Both the position numbers and the translations under genes were made by a program. The notes beneath the pieces were generated by a model. That model was not told the origin of the DNA. It saw only the letters and a list, made by a program, of their open reading frames with translations, and did no database searches. Below, one piece after another: positions 19,264-29,342 of a stretch of DNA of 64,000 nucleotides; position 1 is the stretch's first letter, and each line of letters starts with the position of its first letter. Source of the stretch: an uncultured Mariniphaga sp. (GTDB lineage Bacteria > Bacteroidota > Bacteroidia > Bacteroidales > Prolixibacteraceae); contig CAZILU010000002.1 of assembly GCA_964540165.1 (NCBI GenBank), forward strand, positions 1,790 to 65,789, written 5' to 3'.

Positions 19264-21819
19264 ATGAAACTTAGATTTTCACTTTTTCTTCTATCGGTGT
19301 TGACATTTTGGGGCTGTTCACAACCGGAAAGAACATACATTGTCACCGGTAACGAGGAGTCTTTGGCTCCTGTTGCCGGCGAATTAGCCGGATATCTGTC
19401 GGCGACCTATCCAAAGGAACTTTTTGAAGTGGTTAGTCAACCGGTGGATGACGGGAGGAATATCCTTCTGCAGACCGGGGAGATGGCCGGTGTCGTTAAC
19501 GAGGAGGCATACCGGGTGGCCGGCGGGGGGAATACCCTGGTCATCGGTGGTCCGACACCCCGGGCAGTGGCTTATGGGGCGTATGCACTGTTACGGGAGC
19601 TGGGCTGGGACTTCTACCTCTCCTTTGAGGTGCCTCCTCACCAGCCGAAGCCCCTCGATTTCGACCGGATAGCGTTGGAAAATGAGCCGTTGCAGGAGCG
19701 ACGGATTCTCTTTAACTGGCACAACTTTATTACCGGCTGCACGGGTTGGGACTATCCCCAGTGGGAGGAGTGGATCGACAACGGGCTTAAAACCGGCTAT
19801 AACACGGTGATGGTTCATGCTTACGGGAACAATCCCATGCACTCGTTTACCTTTAACGGGGAGACCAAGCCTTCGGGCTATCTGACCACCACCCAGAAGG
19901 GTCGCGACTGGGGGGCTCAGCATGTGAATGATGTCAGGCGGTTGCAGGGAGGTTCCCTCTTTGCCGGCTTTGAGTTTGGCTCTGAGGCGGCCAAAGTACC
20001 CGAAGAGCAGCGGGTAGAAGCGGCGACAAAGCTCATGCAGCGGGTGTTTCGGCATGCTGCCGAAAAGCAAATGGAGGTCTGTTTTGCGCTGGATGTCGAT
20101 ACCTGGATGGCTAATCCGCAAAACATCATCCACACCCTGCCGGCAGACGCCCTGGTTGAGGTTGGCGGCTTTCAGACGGTCAACCCCGATCACCCGGCGG
20201 GGCGTGCTTACTACAAGGCGCAACTGACACAACTGCTGGCTGACTACCCCGAAATCACCGTGCTGGCGGCGTGGATGCGAACCCCGGCCCTGAAGCCGGT
20301 GGCAAACACGGTCTGGCTTCTGCACAATGCTGCTACACTGCCCGATGCCTGGAAGCAGGAGTTCCGGGAGCTGATAAGGCAACACCCCGAACTGAGCGAA
20401 GAGGCTCCCTATCCCGGAATTTTTGCCGTATCCAAAATCGTCCGCGCCTTCCGGGAGATCCTGGATGAGATCAATCCCGCCATTGAACTGACCCTGGGAT
20501 CGTGGAGGCTCTACTATCCGAAACAGTCGGATCTGATTATGCCGGATTATTGCGGCTTTATGCCCCTCGATTATGAAACGGTTTTTAATCAGCCGCAGGT
20601 GATTGAGGAGCTCGCGCAAACGGGAGCCCATCGGAAGCTATACCCGATCGTTTGGGCTCACCACGACGACCACCGCTACATCGGTCGTCCGTACCTGCCC
20701 TATGAAAATTTTAACCGGCTGCTGAACCAGGCCAATGCCGGAGGGTTTGGCATCATTCACTGGACCACCCATCCCCTCGATCTCTTTTTCAATAATTACA
20801 ATAACCAGGTGTGGCAGCAGACCGCCGATGAGCCGGTGGAGCGCTCTGTCGGGCGGTTTGTCAACGCGCTTCTGAAGTCAGACGATAAAAACCTGCACGA
20901 CTATTTTCGCCGGTGGTATGTTGAAGCGCCGATGTTCGGCCGGGAGACCTCCAACTTCTTTATGAGCCTGAATGAGGATTACCACCTGGATGGTTACGGC
21001 TCTTCGGAAGCGGTGGTTGAGAAGGCAGTGCAGCGCCTTGCCCTACTGGAGGCTGTCGAACCACAGTCGCTCACGGCCGAAGGGTTGCGGCACTACCGGT
21101 ACCAGGTGGGTATGGAGCGGTTTATCATCGCGTTTTTTGAAAATCACCATTTAGGCGTTCAGGCTGCCCGGGCGTTGTCGGAGGGTAAGCGCGATGAGGC
21201 GGCGGCGCTGGTTCAGAAAACCGATCCTGCCAGTGCTGTGGAGCATTTTGCACAAACGATTCGTGAATATGGGGCAACGCGCGGCGAAGAGGGGTTGCTT
21301 ATCTCTCTGAATCTGCGATGGCTCCCCGACTATATCGACCTTCGGCAGCAGGCTGGCCTGGAGCCGCTGCGCATCCATTTTCAGCCCACCTCGCACGATC
21401 CGCTGGCCCAGGGAAAGGGCACCAACACCTTTTTTGTGGATGATGAGCGAAAGGTGTGGCTTTCGTTGGGTGAGGCGGAGCTGAACTGCCCTGCCGGAGC
21501 TTCCGGTTCGCTGCCCCTTGCCCGGATTACCGACAGCTGGCTGGTGGCAGACAAGCCGTGCACCGTTCCTTTAAAGACCATGCGCGGAAAAGAGCTGCCG
21601 CCGGCTGAGTATGAGATCACCCTCTTTTTTGCCGGCACGGCGGGCGACTGTCAGATCCGGATCGTGGAAGATGAGAAACAAATCGCTGATTTCCCTGTTT
21701 CAAAGGGTGTAGCGATGGCAACAGGCCGGTTCCGCTCCGAAGGAGGCCGGTTATCCGTTGAGCTGCTGCCCGGTGAGGCTGCGGTTCAAATAGCCGGGCT
21801 GATCGTTGATCCGGTTTGA
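19264..21819 (+). CDS. Large lipoprotein, putative glycoside hydrolase of unassigned family
   Basis: FWGC lipobox; GH20/67/89-like N-domain (EEAYRV...GPTPRAVAYGAYALL); TGWDYPQWEEWID barrel start; C-terminal beta-sandwich. Confidence 0.6.
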   Translation: MKLRFSLFLLSVLTFWGCSQPERTYIVTGNEESLAPVAGELAGYLSATYPKELFEVVSQPVDDGRNILLQTGEMAGVVNEEAYRVAGGGNTLVIGGPTPRAVAYGAYALLRELGWDFYLSFEVPPHQPKPLDFDRIALENEPLQERRILFNWHNFITGCTGWDYPQWEEWIDNGLKTGYNTVMVHAYGNNPMHSFTFNGETKPSGYLTTTQKGRDWGAQHVNDVRRLQGGSLFAGFEFGSEAAKVPEEQRVEAATKLMQRVFRHAAEKQMEVCFALDVDTWMANPQNIIHTLPADALVEVGGFQTVNPDHPAGRAYYKAQLTQLLADYPEITVLAAWMRTPALKPVANTVWLLHNAATLPDAWKQEFRELIRQHPELSEEAPYPGIFAVSKIVRAFREILDEINPAIELTLGSWRLYYPKQSDLIMPDYCGFMPLDYETVFNQPQVIEELAQTGAHRKLYPIVWAHHDDHRYIGRPYLPYENFNRLLNQANAGGFGIIHWTTHPLDLFFNNYNNQVWQQTADEPVERSVGRFVNALLKSDDKNLHDYFRRWYVEAPMFGRETSNFFMSLNEDYHLDGYGSSEAVVEKAVQRLALLEAVEPQSLTAEGLRHYRYQVGMERFIIAFFENHHLGVQAARALSEGKRDEAAALVQKTDPASAVEHFAQTIREYGATRGEEGLLISLNLRWLPDYIDLRQQAGLEPLRIHFQPTSHDPLAQGKGTNTFFVDDERKVWLSLGEAELNCPAGASGSLPLARITDSWLVADKPCTVPLKTMRGKELPPAEYEITLFFAGTAGDCQIRIVEDEKQIADFPVSKGVAMATGRFRSEGGRLSVELLPGEAAVQIAGLIVDPV

Positions 21820-21915
21820 GATCTGGAGTGGTTCTTTTAGTTAATCAGAAATACGACTTGATCTGTTTATAAATTTTATCAGTCGTTCATTACATTAATC
21901 AAAAATAGTACGCGT

Positions 21916-22674
21916 ATGGAATGTCCGTTTGAATTGAAAGGAAAGGTGGCGCTGGTCACCGGGGGTGCTACCGGTTTGGGACTGGGTATTGCCCGGCAGT
22001 TTATTGCTTTGGGGGCTTCGGTGGCTATTACCGGACGTAATCCGGATAAGCTGGAGAAGGCAAAGAGTGAGCTTGGCGACCGCTGTTATGTGGTGCGGAA
22101 CGATGTAACCGACAAGCCCGGACATCCGGCGCTGATACAGGAGGTGGAGCAGGCCCTGGGCCCTCTCGACATTCTGGTGAATAATGCCGGTGTGCATAAA
22201 AAGGCCCCTTCGCTTGAAATTACCGACGACGATTTTCACACCGTGATGGATACCAATCTGAACAGTGTCTTCTCCCTGACGCGGGAGGCACTGCGGGTGA
22301 TGGTGCCGCGGGGTGCCGGGTCGGTCATCATGATCAGCTCGATGGCGGCGCTGTACGGACTTCCCTATGTGGCGGCTTACAGCGGCTCAAAAACGGCACT
22401 GTTGGGTCTTACGCGCTCCCTGTCGGTTGAGTACTCCTGGTCGGGTGTGCGCATCAACGCCATCGCTCCCGGGTTTATCGAGTCGAAGATGTTGCGGAAG
22501 GCGATGGAGCAGGATCCCAAACGGAAGGAGCGGGTGCTGGAGCGCACGCCCATGCGGCGGTTTGGTACCCCCGATGAGATCGGCTACGCGGCTGCCTTTC
22601 TGGCCTCCGATGCTTCGAAGTTTATTACCGGCGCATGCCTGCCGGTCGATGGTGGGAATGCGATAGGGTTTTGA
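21916..22674 (+). CDS. SDR oxidoreductase (KduD/gluconate 5-dehydrogenase-like)
   Basis: TGGATGLG, NNAG, YSGSK (YxxxK), NAIAPG. Confidence 0.92.
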   Translation: MECPFELKGKVALVTGGATGLGLGIARQFIALGASVAITGRNPDKLEKAKSELGDRCYVVRNDVTDKPGHPALIQEVEQALGPLDILVNNAGVHKKAPSLEITDDDFHTVMDTNLNSVFSLTREALRVMVPRGAGSVIMISSMAALYGLPYVAAYSGSKTALLGLTRSLSVEYSWSGVRINAIAPGFIESKMLRKAMEQDPKRKERVLERTPMRRFGTPDEIGYAAAFLASDASKFITGACLPVDGGNAIGF

Positions 22675-22689
22675 TAAATACATAGGATA

Positions 22690-23937
22690 ATGACTAAACT
22701 AAAACAAATTTTGCTGAGCCTGTTGCCGGGAATTTTTCTGATCGGCTATAACATCGGCACCGGAAGCGTAACCGCCATGTCGAAGGCTGGCGCCAACTTT
22801 GGCTTTGATCTGCTGTGGGCTGTGCTCATCAGTTGCATCATCACCTACTACCTGATCTCGCACTTCAGCCGGTACACCATGGTGTCGGGCAAGACATTCA
22901 TCCAGGGGATGCGCGACCATATCCACCCGGGATTGGCACTTTTTCTGCTACTCCCCCTGTCACTCATCATCATCAGTGCGCTCATCGGCATACTGGGCAT
23001 CATCTCTGAAGTATTGCAGGTGTGGTGGGATACCGTTTTTCAGCTCCATACCCCGGTGGTGCTGTGGGCCATCATCATCGGTACCGGAACGTATGCGCTG
23101 CTGTGGATTGGCAACTACGCCTTTTTTGAGAAGGTGTTGGCGGTGTTGGTGGCTGTGATGGGGGCAGCTTTCATTGCTACGGCGGTAATTAACTTTCCCC
23201 GGTTGCATGAGCTGGCGGCCGGTCTGGTACCCTCCCTGCCGTCGACGGCCGAGGGGAGCGATAACAGTCCGCTGGTCATCGTGGCAGGAATGGTCGGGAC
23301 CACCGTTTCGGTTTTTGTCTTCATCATTCGCACGCAAATTGTTCAGGAGATCGGCTGGAAGATGAGCGATAACCGGATCCAGAAAAGGGACGCCCTGGTG
23401 AGCGCATCGATGATGTTCCTCATCGGGGCCTCCATATTGATCACGGCGGCTACCACCCTGCACTTGCAGGGACTGAAACTCAACAATGTGGTGGAGATGA
23501 TCCCGTTGCTGGAGCCGATCGCCGGAAGAGCTACGCTGAGCGTGTTCGCCGTGGGAATCCTGGCCGCCGGCCTATCCTCCCACCTGCCCAACATGCTGGT
23601 GATCCCCTGGCTGATCATCGACTACCGGCGCGAAGCGCGGGAGACACGCACCCTGCGCTACCGGATGGTGCTGCTGGCGCTGTCTGTCTTCAGCGTGCTG
23701 GGTGTGGGGTTGGGTATCAAGCCGGTGTTTATCATGATGCTCTCACAGGCCAGCCTCTCCATCGTGCTGCCGGTAACCATCGCCTCCATCTTCTACCTCA
23801 CCTCCCGAAAAACGCTGATGGGGCCTGCGGCGAACCGGCTTACCGATCTGGTTTTGCTTACGCTTATCATGATCTTCTCTCTCTATATGAGCTGGGTGGG
23901 CATCCGGGGATTGATGGCCGACCTGCTGCCGGTTTAG
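22690..23937 (+). CDS. NRAMP/SLC11-related transporter
   Basis: About 11 hydrophobic segments; GYNIGTGS...AGANFGFDLLW and AGMVGTT pattern; no DPGN. Confidence 0.75.
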   Translation: MTKLKQILLSLLPGIFLIGYNIGTGSVTAMSKAGANFGFDLLWAVLISCIITYYLISHFSRYTMVSGKTFIQGMRDHIHPGLALFLLLPLSLIIISALIGILGIISEVLQVWWDTVFQLHTPVVLWAIIIGTGTYALLWIGNYAFFEKVLAVLVAVMGAAFIATAVINFPRLHELAAGLVPSLPSTAEGSDNSPLVIVAGMVGTTVSVFVFIIRTQIVQEIGWKMSDNRIQKRDALVSASMMFLIGASILITAATTLHLQGLKLNNVVEMIPLLEPIAGRATLSVFAVGILAAGLSSHLPNMLVIPWLIIDYRREARETRTLRYRMVLLALSVFSVLGVGLGIKPVFIMMLSQASLSIVLPVTIASIFYLTSRKTLMGPAANRLTDLVLLTLIMIFSLYMSWVGIRGLMADLLPV

Positions 23938-24028
23938 TTACTATGGGTGTATGTAGGTAAAAACCTTCGAATGTGTGTGAAATAAGCCAAACGCTTTGAT
24001 TCGGTTACAACGGTTTTATAATGATAAA

Positions 24029-24074
24029 AACCTCCGGAGGAGGTTCCATATTTATAGGGAATTGAAATTGAAAA
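24029..24074. repeat. Solitary copy of the REP-like element arrayed at 57050-57170
   Basis: AACCTCCGGAGGAGGTTCCATATTTATAGGGA, just upstream of uxuA. Confidence 0.85.
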
Positions 24075-24083
24075 TTTAATTAG

Positions 24084-25142
24084 ATGAAGTTAGGATTTGG
24101 ATTTTACCGGCATATGCTGGATGAACAGCATTACCGGTTTGCCCGCCAGTGCGGGGCTACCCATGCCGTGGTTCACCTGGTCGACTATTTTGGTCATCGT
24201 AAGGGGGAGGCTAAGCACGCCGATCAGCCTATTGGAGGTACCGAAGGGTGGGGACATGCCGGTGAGGGGGGTGTGTGGTCGCTGGAGCAACTGCTTTCGA
24301 TCAAGCGGGAGCTGGCGGCGCACGGATTGGTGTGGGAGGCGATTGAGAACTTCGATCCTTCCATGTGGTACGACGTTCTGTTAGCGGGTCCTCGCCGCGA
24401 TGAGCAGTTAGAGCTGCTGAAGGAGCAGATCCGCATCGTCGGGGCCGCCGGTATTCCGGTGTTTGGCTATAACTTCTCCCTGGCGGGGGTGGCCAGTCGT
24501 ATCACCGGTCCGTTTGCCCGAGGTGGCGCCATTAGCGTGGGTATGGACGGGACCGATGAAACGCCGGTTCCTAAGGGTATGGTCTGGAATATGGTCTATG
24601 ATCCGCTGGCCCCTGAAGGGGTGATGCCGGAGATCAGCCACGATGAGCTCTGGTCGCGACTGCACTATTTCCTCGATGCCCTGGTGCCCGTGGCCGAAGC
24701 AGCGGGGGTGCGACTGGCAGCTCACCCCGACGATCCGCCGATGCCCCGGGTGCGAAATACGCCGCGACTGGTTTACCAGCCGCACCTCTACCAGAAGCTG
24801 ATCGATATGAAGCCCGGCCAGGCCAACGCCCTGGAGTTCTGCTTGGGAACCCTCGCGGAGATGACCGATGGGGATATCTATGAGGCGACCGACCGCTATA
24901 CGCAGCAGGATAAAGTGGCTTACATCCACTGCCGCAACGTGGTGGGGAAGGTGCCTCACTATCATGAAGTGTTTATTGATGAGGGCGATATCGATATGGT
25001 GCGGATCGTGCAGATCCTGAAAAAGAACAACTACCAGGGGGTGCTGATTCCCGACCACACCCCGCAGATGAGCTGCGATGCTCCGTGGCATGCCGGCATG
25101 GCCTATGCCATGGGGTACCTTAAAGCGATTATGCAGATCTGA
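24084..25142 (+). CDS. uxuA: Mannonate dehydratase family protein
   Basis: LAAHPDDPP, LEFCLG, HCRNV, FIDEGDIDM, IPDHTP, AYAMGYLKA. Confidence 0.88.
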   Translation: MKLGFGFYRHMLDEQHYRFARQCGATHAVVHLVDYFGHRKGEAKHADQPIGGTEGWGHAGEGGVWSLEQLLSIKRELAAHGLVWEAIENFDPSMWYDVLLAGPRRDEQLELLKEQIRIVGAAGIPVFGYNFSLAGVASRITGPFARGGAISVGMDGTDETPVPKGMVWNMVYDPLAPEGVMPEISHDELWSRLHYFLDALVPVAEAAGVRLAAHPDDPPMPRVRNTPRLVYQPHLYQKLIDMKPGQANALEFCLGTLAEMTDGDIYEATDRYTQQDKVAYIHCRNVVGKVPHYHEVFIDEGDIDMVRIVQILKKNNYQGVLIPDHTPQMSCDAPWHAGMAYAMGYLKAIMQI

Positions 25143-25150
25143 AGGAGATC

Positions 25151-26392
25151 TTACCTTTTAACCATCACCAGCTTGGCGGTTTCCAGGGCTCCGTTTACAC
25201 TCAGCCGGCAGAGGTAGTTCCCGGCCGGCAGGCTGGTGGCATCGAACGGTGCCTGGTGTAGGCCTTCCTGTTGCCAGTGGCTGTCGGCGATATTTTTTAT
25301 CAACCGTCCGTCGGAGGCGTAAATCAGCAGGGTGACTTCTCCCGCCCGGAGCAGCTCGTAGCTGATGGTTGTCGTGGTGTGAAACGGATTGGGAGCGTTG
25401 CGGAGCCGCAGTATCCCTTTGCTGCGATCCGTCCGGTCATCGAGCGATAAGGTACCGCCCGGCCGGTAGGTGAGTGTTTTGGTGACACCCTGCCATTTCG
25501 CATTGCCCGGAGCCGTCCGGTCGATGCAGTCGAGCTCCAGCCGAAGGTCGTTGGCACCAAACCAGGCATGAAGATAGGCTGTAGGCTGACTGGCGGTGGT
25601 TCCTGCCGAGGTGGGCTGGTTCACCAGGTGCAGATCCTGATCTTTCCGAAGATCCCAGCGGTGGGAGTGACCGAACAGGTAGGCTTTCACCTGCCTGTGG
25701 GCATGGCAGATCTCCAGGAACGGCTCATAATCGCGAAGCCCCCGGATCGTTCCATCCTGGATATTCGGCCAGGGGTAGTGGTGACCCAGGAGGATGACCG
25801 GCTTATCGGTGACGTCATTCAGCTTCTCATTCAGCCATTCCCGCTGTATGGTTCCCAAAACCCCGGTGGTTTTATTGACACTCTCCAGGGTGTCTAACAG
25901 AAAGAGATAGCAATTGGGGGTCTCTACAATACCAACTTGTTGGCCGTTGACTCCGGATTTTTCCAGTCTCAGCTCGGGGAAAGCAGCATAAAAGGTGTCG
26001 CGGCGATCGTGATTTCCCAGGGTGATGTAAACCGGAATGGCTGCCTCGGAGAGCGGAGCCAGGATCGTTTTCAGATTGGCATACTCCAGCGGGTTCCCAT
26101 CGCGGTTGGCAGCATCACCGTTGATGATGACACCGGCGGGCAGGCGATCGCTGTTGGTCATGATCCGCTGTACGATCAGCAGCAGGTTGTCGGCTACGTT
26201 CTCTCCCTCCCGGGTGTAACTGAGGCTCTGATCGATGTGGGTGTCGGCAATCAGCACGAAATAGTCAGGATCAACGGGCGTACCCATATCGTCTGAACGC
26301 GCACTTCCAAATCCAAAAAGGCACCCCGAAGTCGCTAATAAAGAGGTTGTCAGAAACTTGCGCCGGCTGACCGGTGGAATATGAAGAGGCAT
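25151..26392 (-). CDS. Calcineurin-like metallophosphoesterase (CpdA/Icc-like) with Tat signal and T9SS type-A CTD
   Basis: SRRKFL; ADTH, INGD, LGNHD, GHH, GHSH motifs; NAPNPF...G.Y...L...KLVMVKR C-terminus. Confidence 0.85.
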   Translation of the reverse strand: MPLHIPPVSRRKFLTTSLLATSGCLFGFGSARSDDMGTPVDPDYFVLIADTHIDQSLSYTREGENVADNLLLIVQRIMTNSDRLPAGVIINGDAANRDGNPLEYANLKTILAPLSEAAIPVYITLGNHDRRDTFYAAFPELRLEKSGVNGQQVGIVETPNCYLFLLDTLESVNKTTGVLGTIQREWLNEKLNDVTDKPVILLGHHYPWPNIQDGTIRGLRDYEPFLEICHAHRQVKAYLFGHSHRWDLRKDQDLHLVNQPTSAGTTASQPTAYLHAWFGANDLRLELDCIDRTAPGNAKWQGVTKTLTYRPGGTLSLDDRTDRSKGILRLRNAPNPFHTTTTISYELLRAGEVTLLIYASDGRLIKNIADSHWQQEGLHQAPFDATSLPAGNYLCRLSVNGALETAKLVMVKR

Positions 26393-26636
26393 TTCGTCTG
26401 TTTAACGTGAATACATGGCTGGTAAAAGCGCAATTTAGGAAATTTTCAGGTAATATGGAAGTGGATCCGGTTTTGGGCACTTTTTTACCGGGATACTTGT
26501 GCCGGAAGGGATTTTTTCTACTTTTGAAGCAGCTTCTGTGATCATAGAAAAATTTGTGAGTTCCACCGGGCTGATATAGAATTTATAAACCTAATGTATT
26601 TTATTAAGAATAATTAATCCGAACAAAATAGTCATC

Positions 26637-29240
26637 ATGAAAAAGTTAGCCTTTGCAACGATACTGCTGCTCTTCTCTTTTCAGTTTATGCATGCCGGGA
26701 ATGGTTATCCCCGGCTGCTGGTGACAAACGATGATAAGGAGGCTGTTCTTCAGAAAATTGAGAAGCACCCCTGGGCTGAAACGATCTACCGGGAGATGTT
26801 CGAACGGGTTGATCCTTATGTTCGCCGGCATGCCGATGATCCGGAGTGGATTCTAAGCCGTTACCTGATGAACCGCGTCGAGGGGAAAAGATACACGCAT
26901 GCTTACGACAATGGCGATGGCCACTATCTGGTCAGTTACTCCGGCGATGCCCCGGTACCGACGGTCCGGGTGTCGTCGCATAAAAGGAGCCCTCTCACCG
27001 CCAGTGGCGCCGGTTATCGCTGTCCATCGCTCGAAGAGGTGATTCCCTACGATACGGCACGCTATATCTGGGCGTTGAATCCCGAAACCAATGAGAAGGA
27101 CTACATCGATCCGCAAAGTTTTATCTCTGACATTAACGGACGCATCAACCAGCTGGCCCTTCAGGCAGCCGTCATCTACTGGCTGCATGGCGATGAGAAG
27201 TACGCCCGGTTTGCGGCCGATATCCTCGATCAGTGGGCCCATGGCGCCTCATACCAGGAGCCGATCGTGGGGGCTTGCCGTACCGGCTTTCTGGACATCC
27301 AGACGCTGGGCGACAACAGCTACCAAAGCCTGATCCTGGCCTACGATTTTGTTCGGCCTTTTCTGGAGAAGGAGGGGTACGTACTGAGTTACTATCAGAA
27401 TGTCTTTGAGAAATTTGCCTCTACACTCACCTTTCGTGGTTTCTGGAACAACAACTGGTATGCGGCGGTCACTTCCACGCTGGTCTATGCGGCTCTGAGC
27501 CTCGATGATCAGGAGAAACGCGATTACTACCTGCAGTTTGTGATTAACCGGGATACTATCAACGGGTCGTGCGGCCATCTGAGCCTGGCCACTACGGTTG
27601 ATCACCATCTCACGCACGACGGACACTGGCGGGAGCCGGGAGGGTATCATAACTTCCCCGTGTCGAACCTGGTAAAAGCCACGTTGGCGCTGGAGAAGAA
27701 CGGATACAACATATACAATCGTTTTCCGGAGCTTTTCCAGGCTACCTATGCACTCATCAAGTACTCGTTTCCCAATCTGACGGTTTCGGCATTCGGCGAT
27801 ACCGGAAGGGCATCGCAGGATGCGGAGTCGCTGGAGATGGGGCTGGTGATTGCTGCGGCGAACGACCGTCCGGAGCTTCCGGAGATGATGTCGGCGATGC
27901 ATGTGTTGATGGAGAACGGCCGGTACAACCGCAGCCGCTCGGGACTCTTCGGAATGCTGACCTTCCTGCCCGATTTTCCGGCCACAGAGCGGGTTACCTA
28001 TCAATGGCCCCGGACCGGCTACTTAGATTTCGCCAGGCTCTACCTGCAGCGAAACGGGATGGACCGGCAAACCGGACTGATGGTTGCTGTGCAGGGTGCT
28101 TCTTACAATCATAACCACTGCAACGGAATGGCGATGGAGCTGTACGGCTGCGGAGAGGTCGTGGGGATCGATGCCGGTACCGGACCCAACTATGAGCATC
28201 CGCTGCATCAGAACTATTACAGCCAGTGGGCCGCCCACAACACCGTCGTGGCTGCCGGCGCCTCCGGCTCGGTTCCCTTCAGCGGAGGCGCCGGAAGGAA
28301 GAACATCGGCGCTGTTGAGCTGGCCGCTATGGAGCCTATGCCCGACCGGGAGGCGCTGTCGCCCTGGTACTCTTTTTCCGATACCCGGTACTTAGATCCC
28401 TCCACCAACACCAACCAGCTGCGAACACTGGCCATCATCCGAACTTCCGATACCACAGGCTACTACATCGATATCTACCGCTCCGACAACCCCGTGTCAA
28501 ACGACTATGTGTACCATAACATAGGCGATGACTTTGCATTTTACGATGCCGGGGGCGAAATGATCCCGATGAAGCCGGCCGCTTATCCGCTTACCGGAGA
28601 GGATCACCCCGGATTCCGTTTCTTCTCCGATGTGGAGAAGCTGGATAACCACAACGAAAGCCTTCAGGGATTGTTTACGATAAAAGGTTCTGACAGTGAA
28701 AAGTATGTGCAGACATTGATCCCGGGATCTTCAGAAAGAACCTATTATAAGGCGAACTCACTGCCTGCAAAAACGGCCGGTCGCCGCTACAGCCGCAGGC
28801 CCTTGCCACTCTTTACCATTCGGGCCGAACAAGAGGCCTGGAGTCAGCCATTCATCGTTCTTTATGAACCGTATGCCGCCGAACAGGGAAGCAGTGTGGT
28901 ATCGGTCGAAAAAGTGGAGGGTCTGTGCAACGATAAAAATACCGCGCTGCGTGTGGTTAATCGCGATGGTTCACAGCAGATCATCCTTCAGGGAAACAGC
29001 TGTGAAACGACCATCCAAAATGAAAAAATCCGTTTTTCCGGGCACTTCGGCGTTATTGACCTGGATCGGGAGGGGAAACCGGAACGTCTCTACCTTGGGG
29101 AGGGGAAGGTGATTGCCTACGAGGGGCTGTCTGTTACGGCAACCGATGACATGAGCTCTGCCAGTGTGGATATCCTGGGCGATCATACGTATAGCGTTTC
29201 CGGCAACCACCGGGTAATCATTGATTTTGCAACGAAATAG
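26637..29240 (+). CDS. Heparinase II/III-family secreted lyase
   Basis: GHWREPGGYH, AFGDTG, YNHNHCNGMAMELY, WAAHNTVV; signal peptide. Confidence 0.8.
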   Translation: MKKLAFATILLLFSFQFMHAGNGYPRLLVTNDDKEAVLQKIEKHPWAETIYREMFERVDPYVRRHADDPEWILSRYLMNRVEGKRYTHAYDNGDGHYLVSYSGDAPVPTVRVSSHKRSPLTASGAGYRCPSLEEVIPYDTARYIWALNPETNEKDYIDPQSFISDINGRINQLALQAAVIYWLHGDEKYARFAADILDQWAHGASYQEPIVGACRTGFLDIQTLGDNSYQSLILAYDFVRPFLEKEGYVLSYYQNVFEKFASTLTFRGFWNNNWYAAVTSTLVYAALSLDDQEKRDYYLQFVINRDTINGSCGHLSLATTVDHHLTHDGHWREPGGYHNFPVSNLVKATLALEKNGYNIYNRFPELFQATYALIKYSFPNLTVSAFGDTGRASQDAESLEMGLVIAAANDRPELPEMMSAMHVLMENGRYNRSRSGLFGMLTFLPDFPATERVTYQWPRTGYLDFARLYLQRNGMDRQTGLMVAVQGASYNHNHCNGMAMELYGCGEVVGIDAGTGPNYEHPLHQNYYSQWAAHNTVVAAGASGSVPFSGGAGRKNIGAVELAAMEPMPDREALSPWYSFSDTRYLDPSTNTNQLRTLAIIRTSDTTGYYIDIYRSDNPVSNDYVYHNIGDDFAFYDAGGEMIPMKPAAYPLTGEDHPGFRFFSDVEKLDNHNESLQGLFTIKGSDSEKYVQTLIPGSSERTYYKANSLPAKTAGRRYSRRPLPLFTIRAEQEAWSQPFIVLYEPYAAEQGSSVVSVEKVEGLCNDKNTALRVVNRDGSQQIILQGNSCETTIQNEKIRFSGHFGVIDLDREGKPERLYLGEGKVIAYEGLSVTATDDMSSASVDILGDHTYSVSGNHRVIIDFATK

Positions 29241-29342
29241 CTTCTGCCGGGTTACCGGTTCCGGAGTGTTCAGAGGGCCGGCCTTCGGTGGCAATACGGC
29301 CGGTCCGTTTCAGAATAGACGAATCATTATGCTATAACAGAC

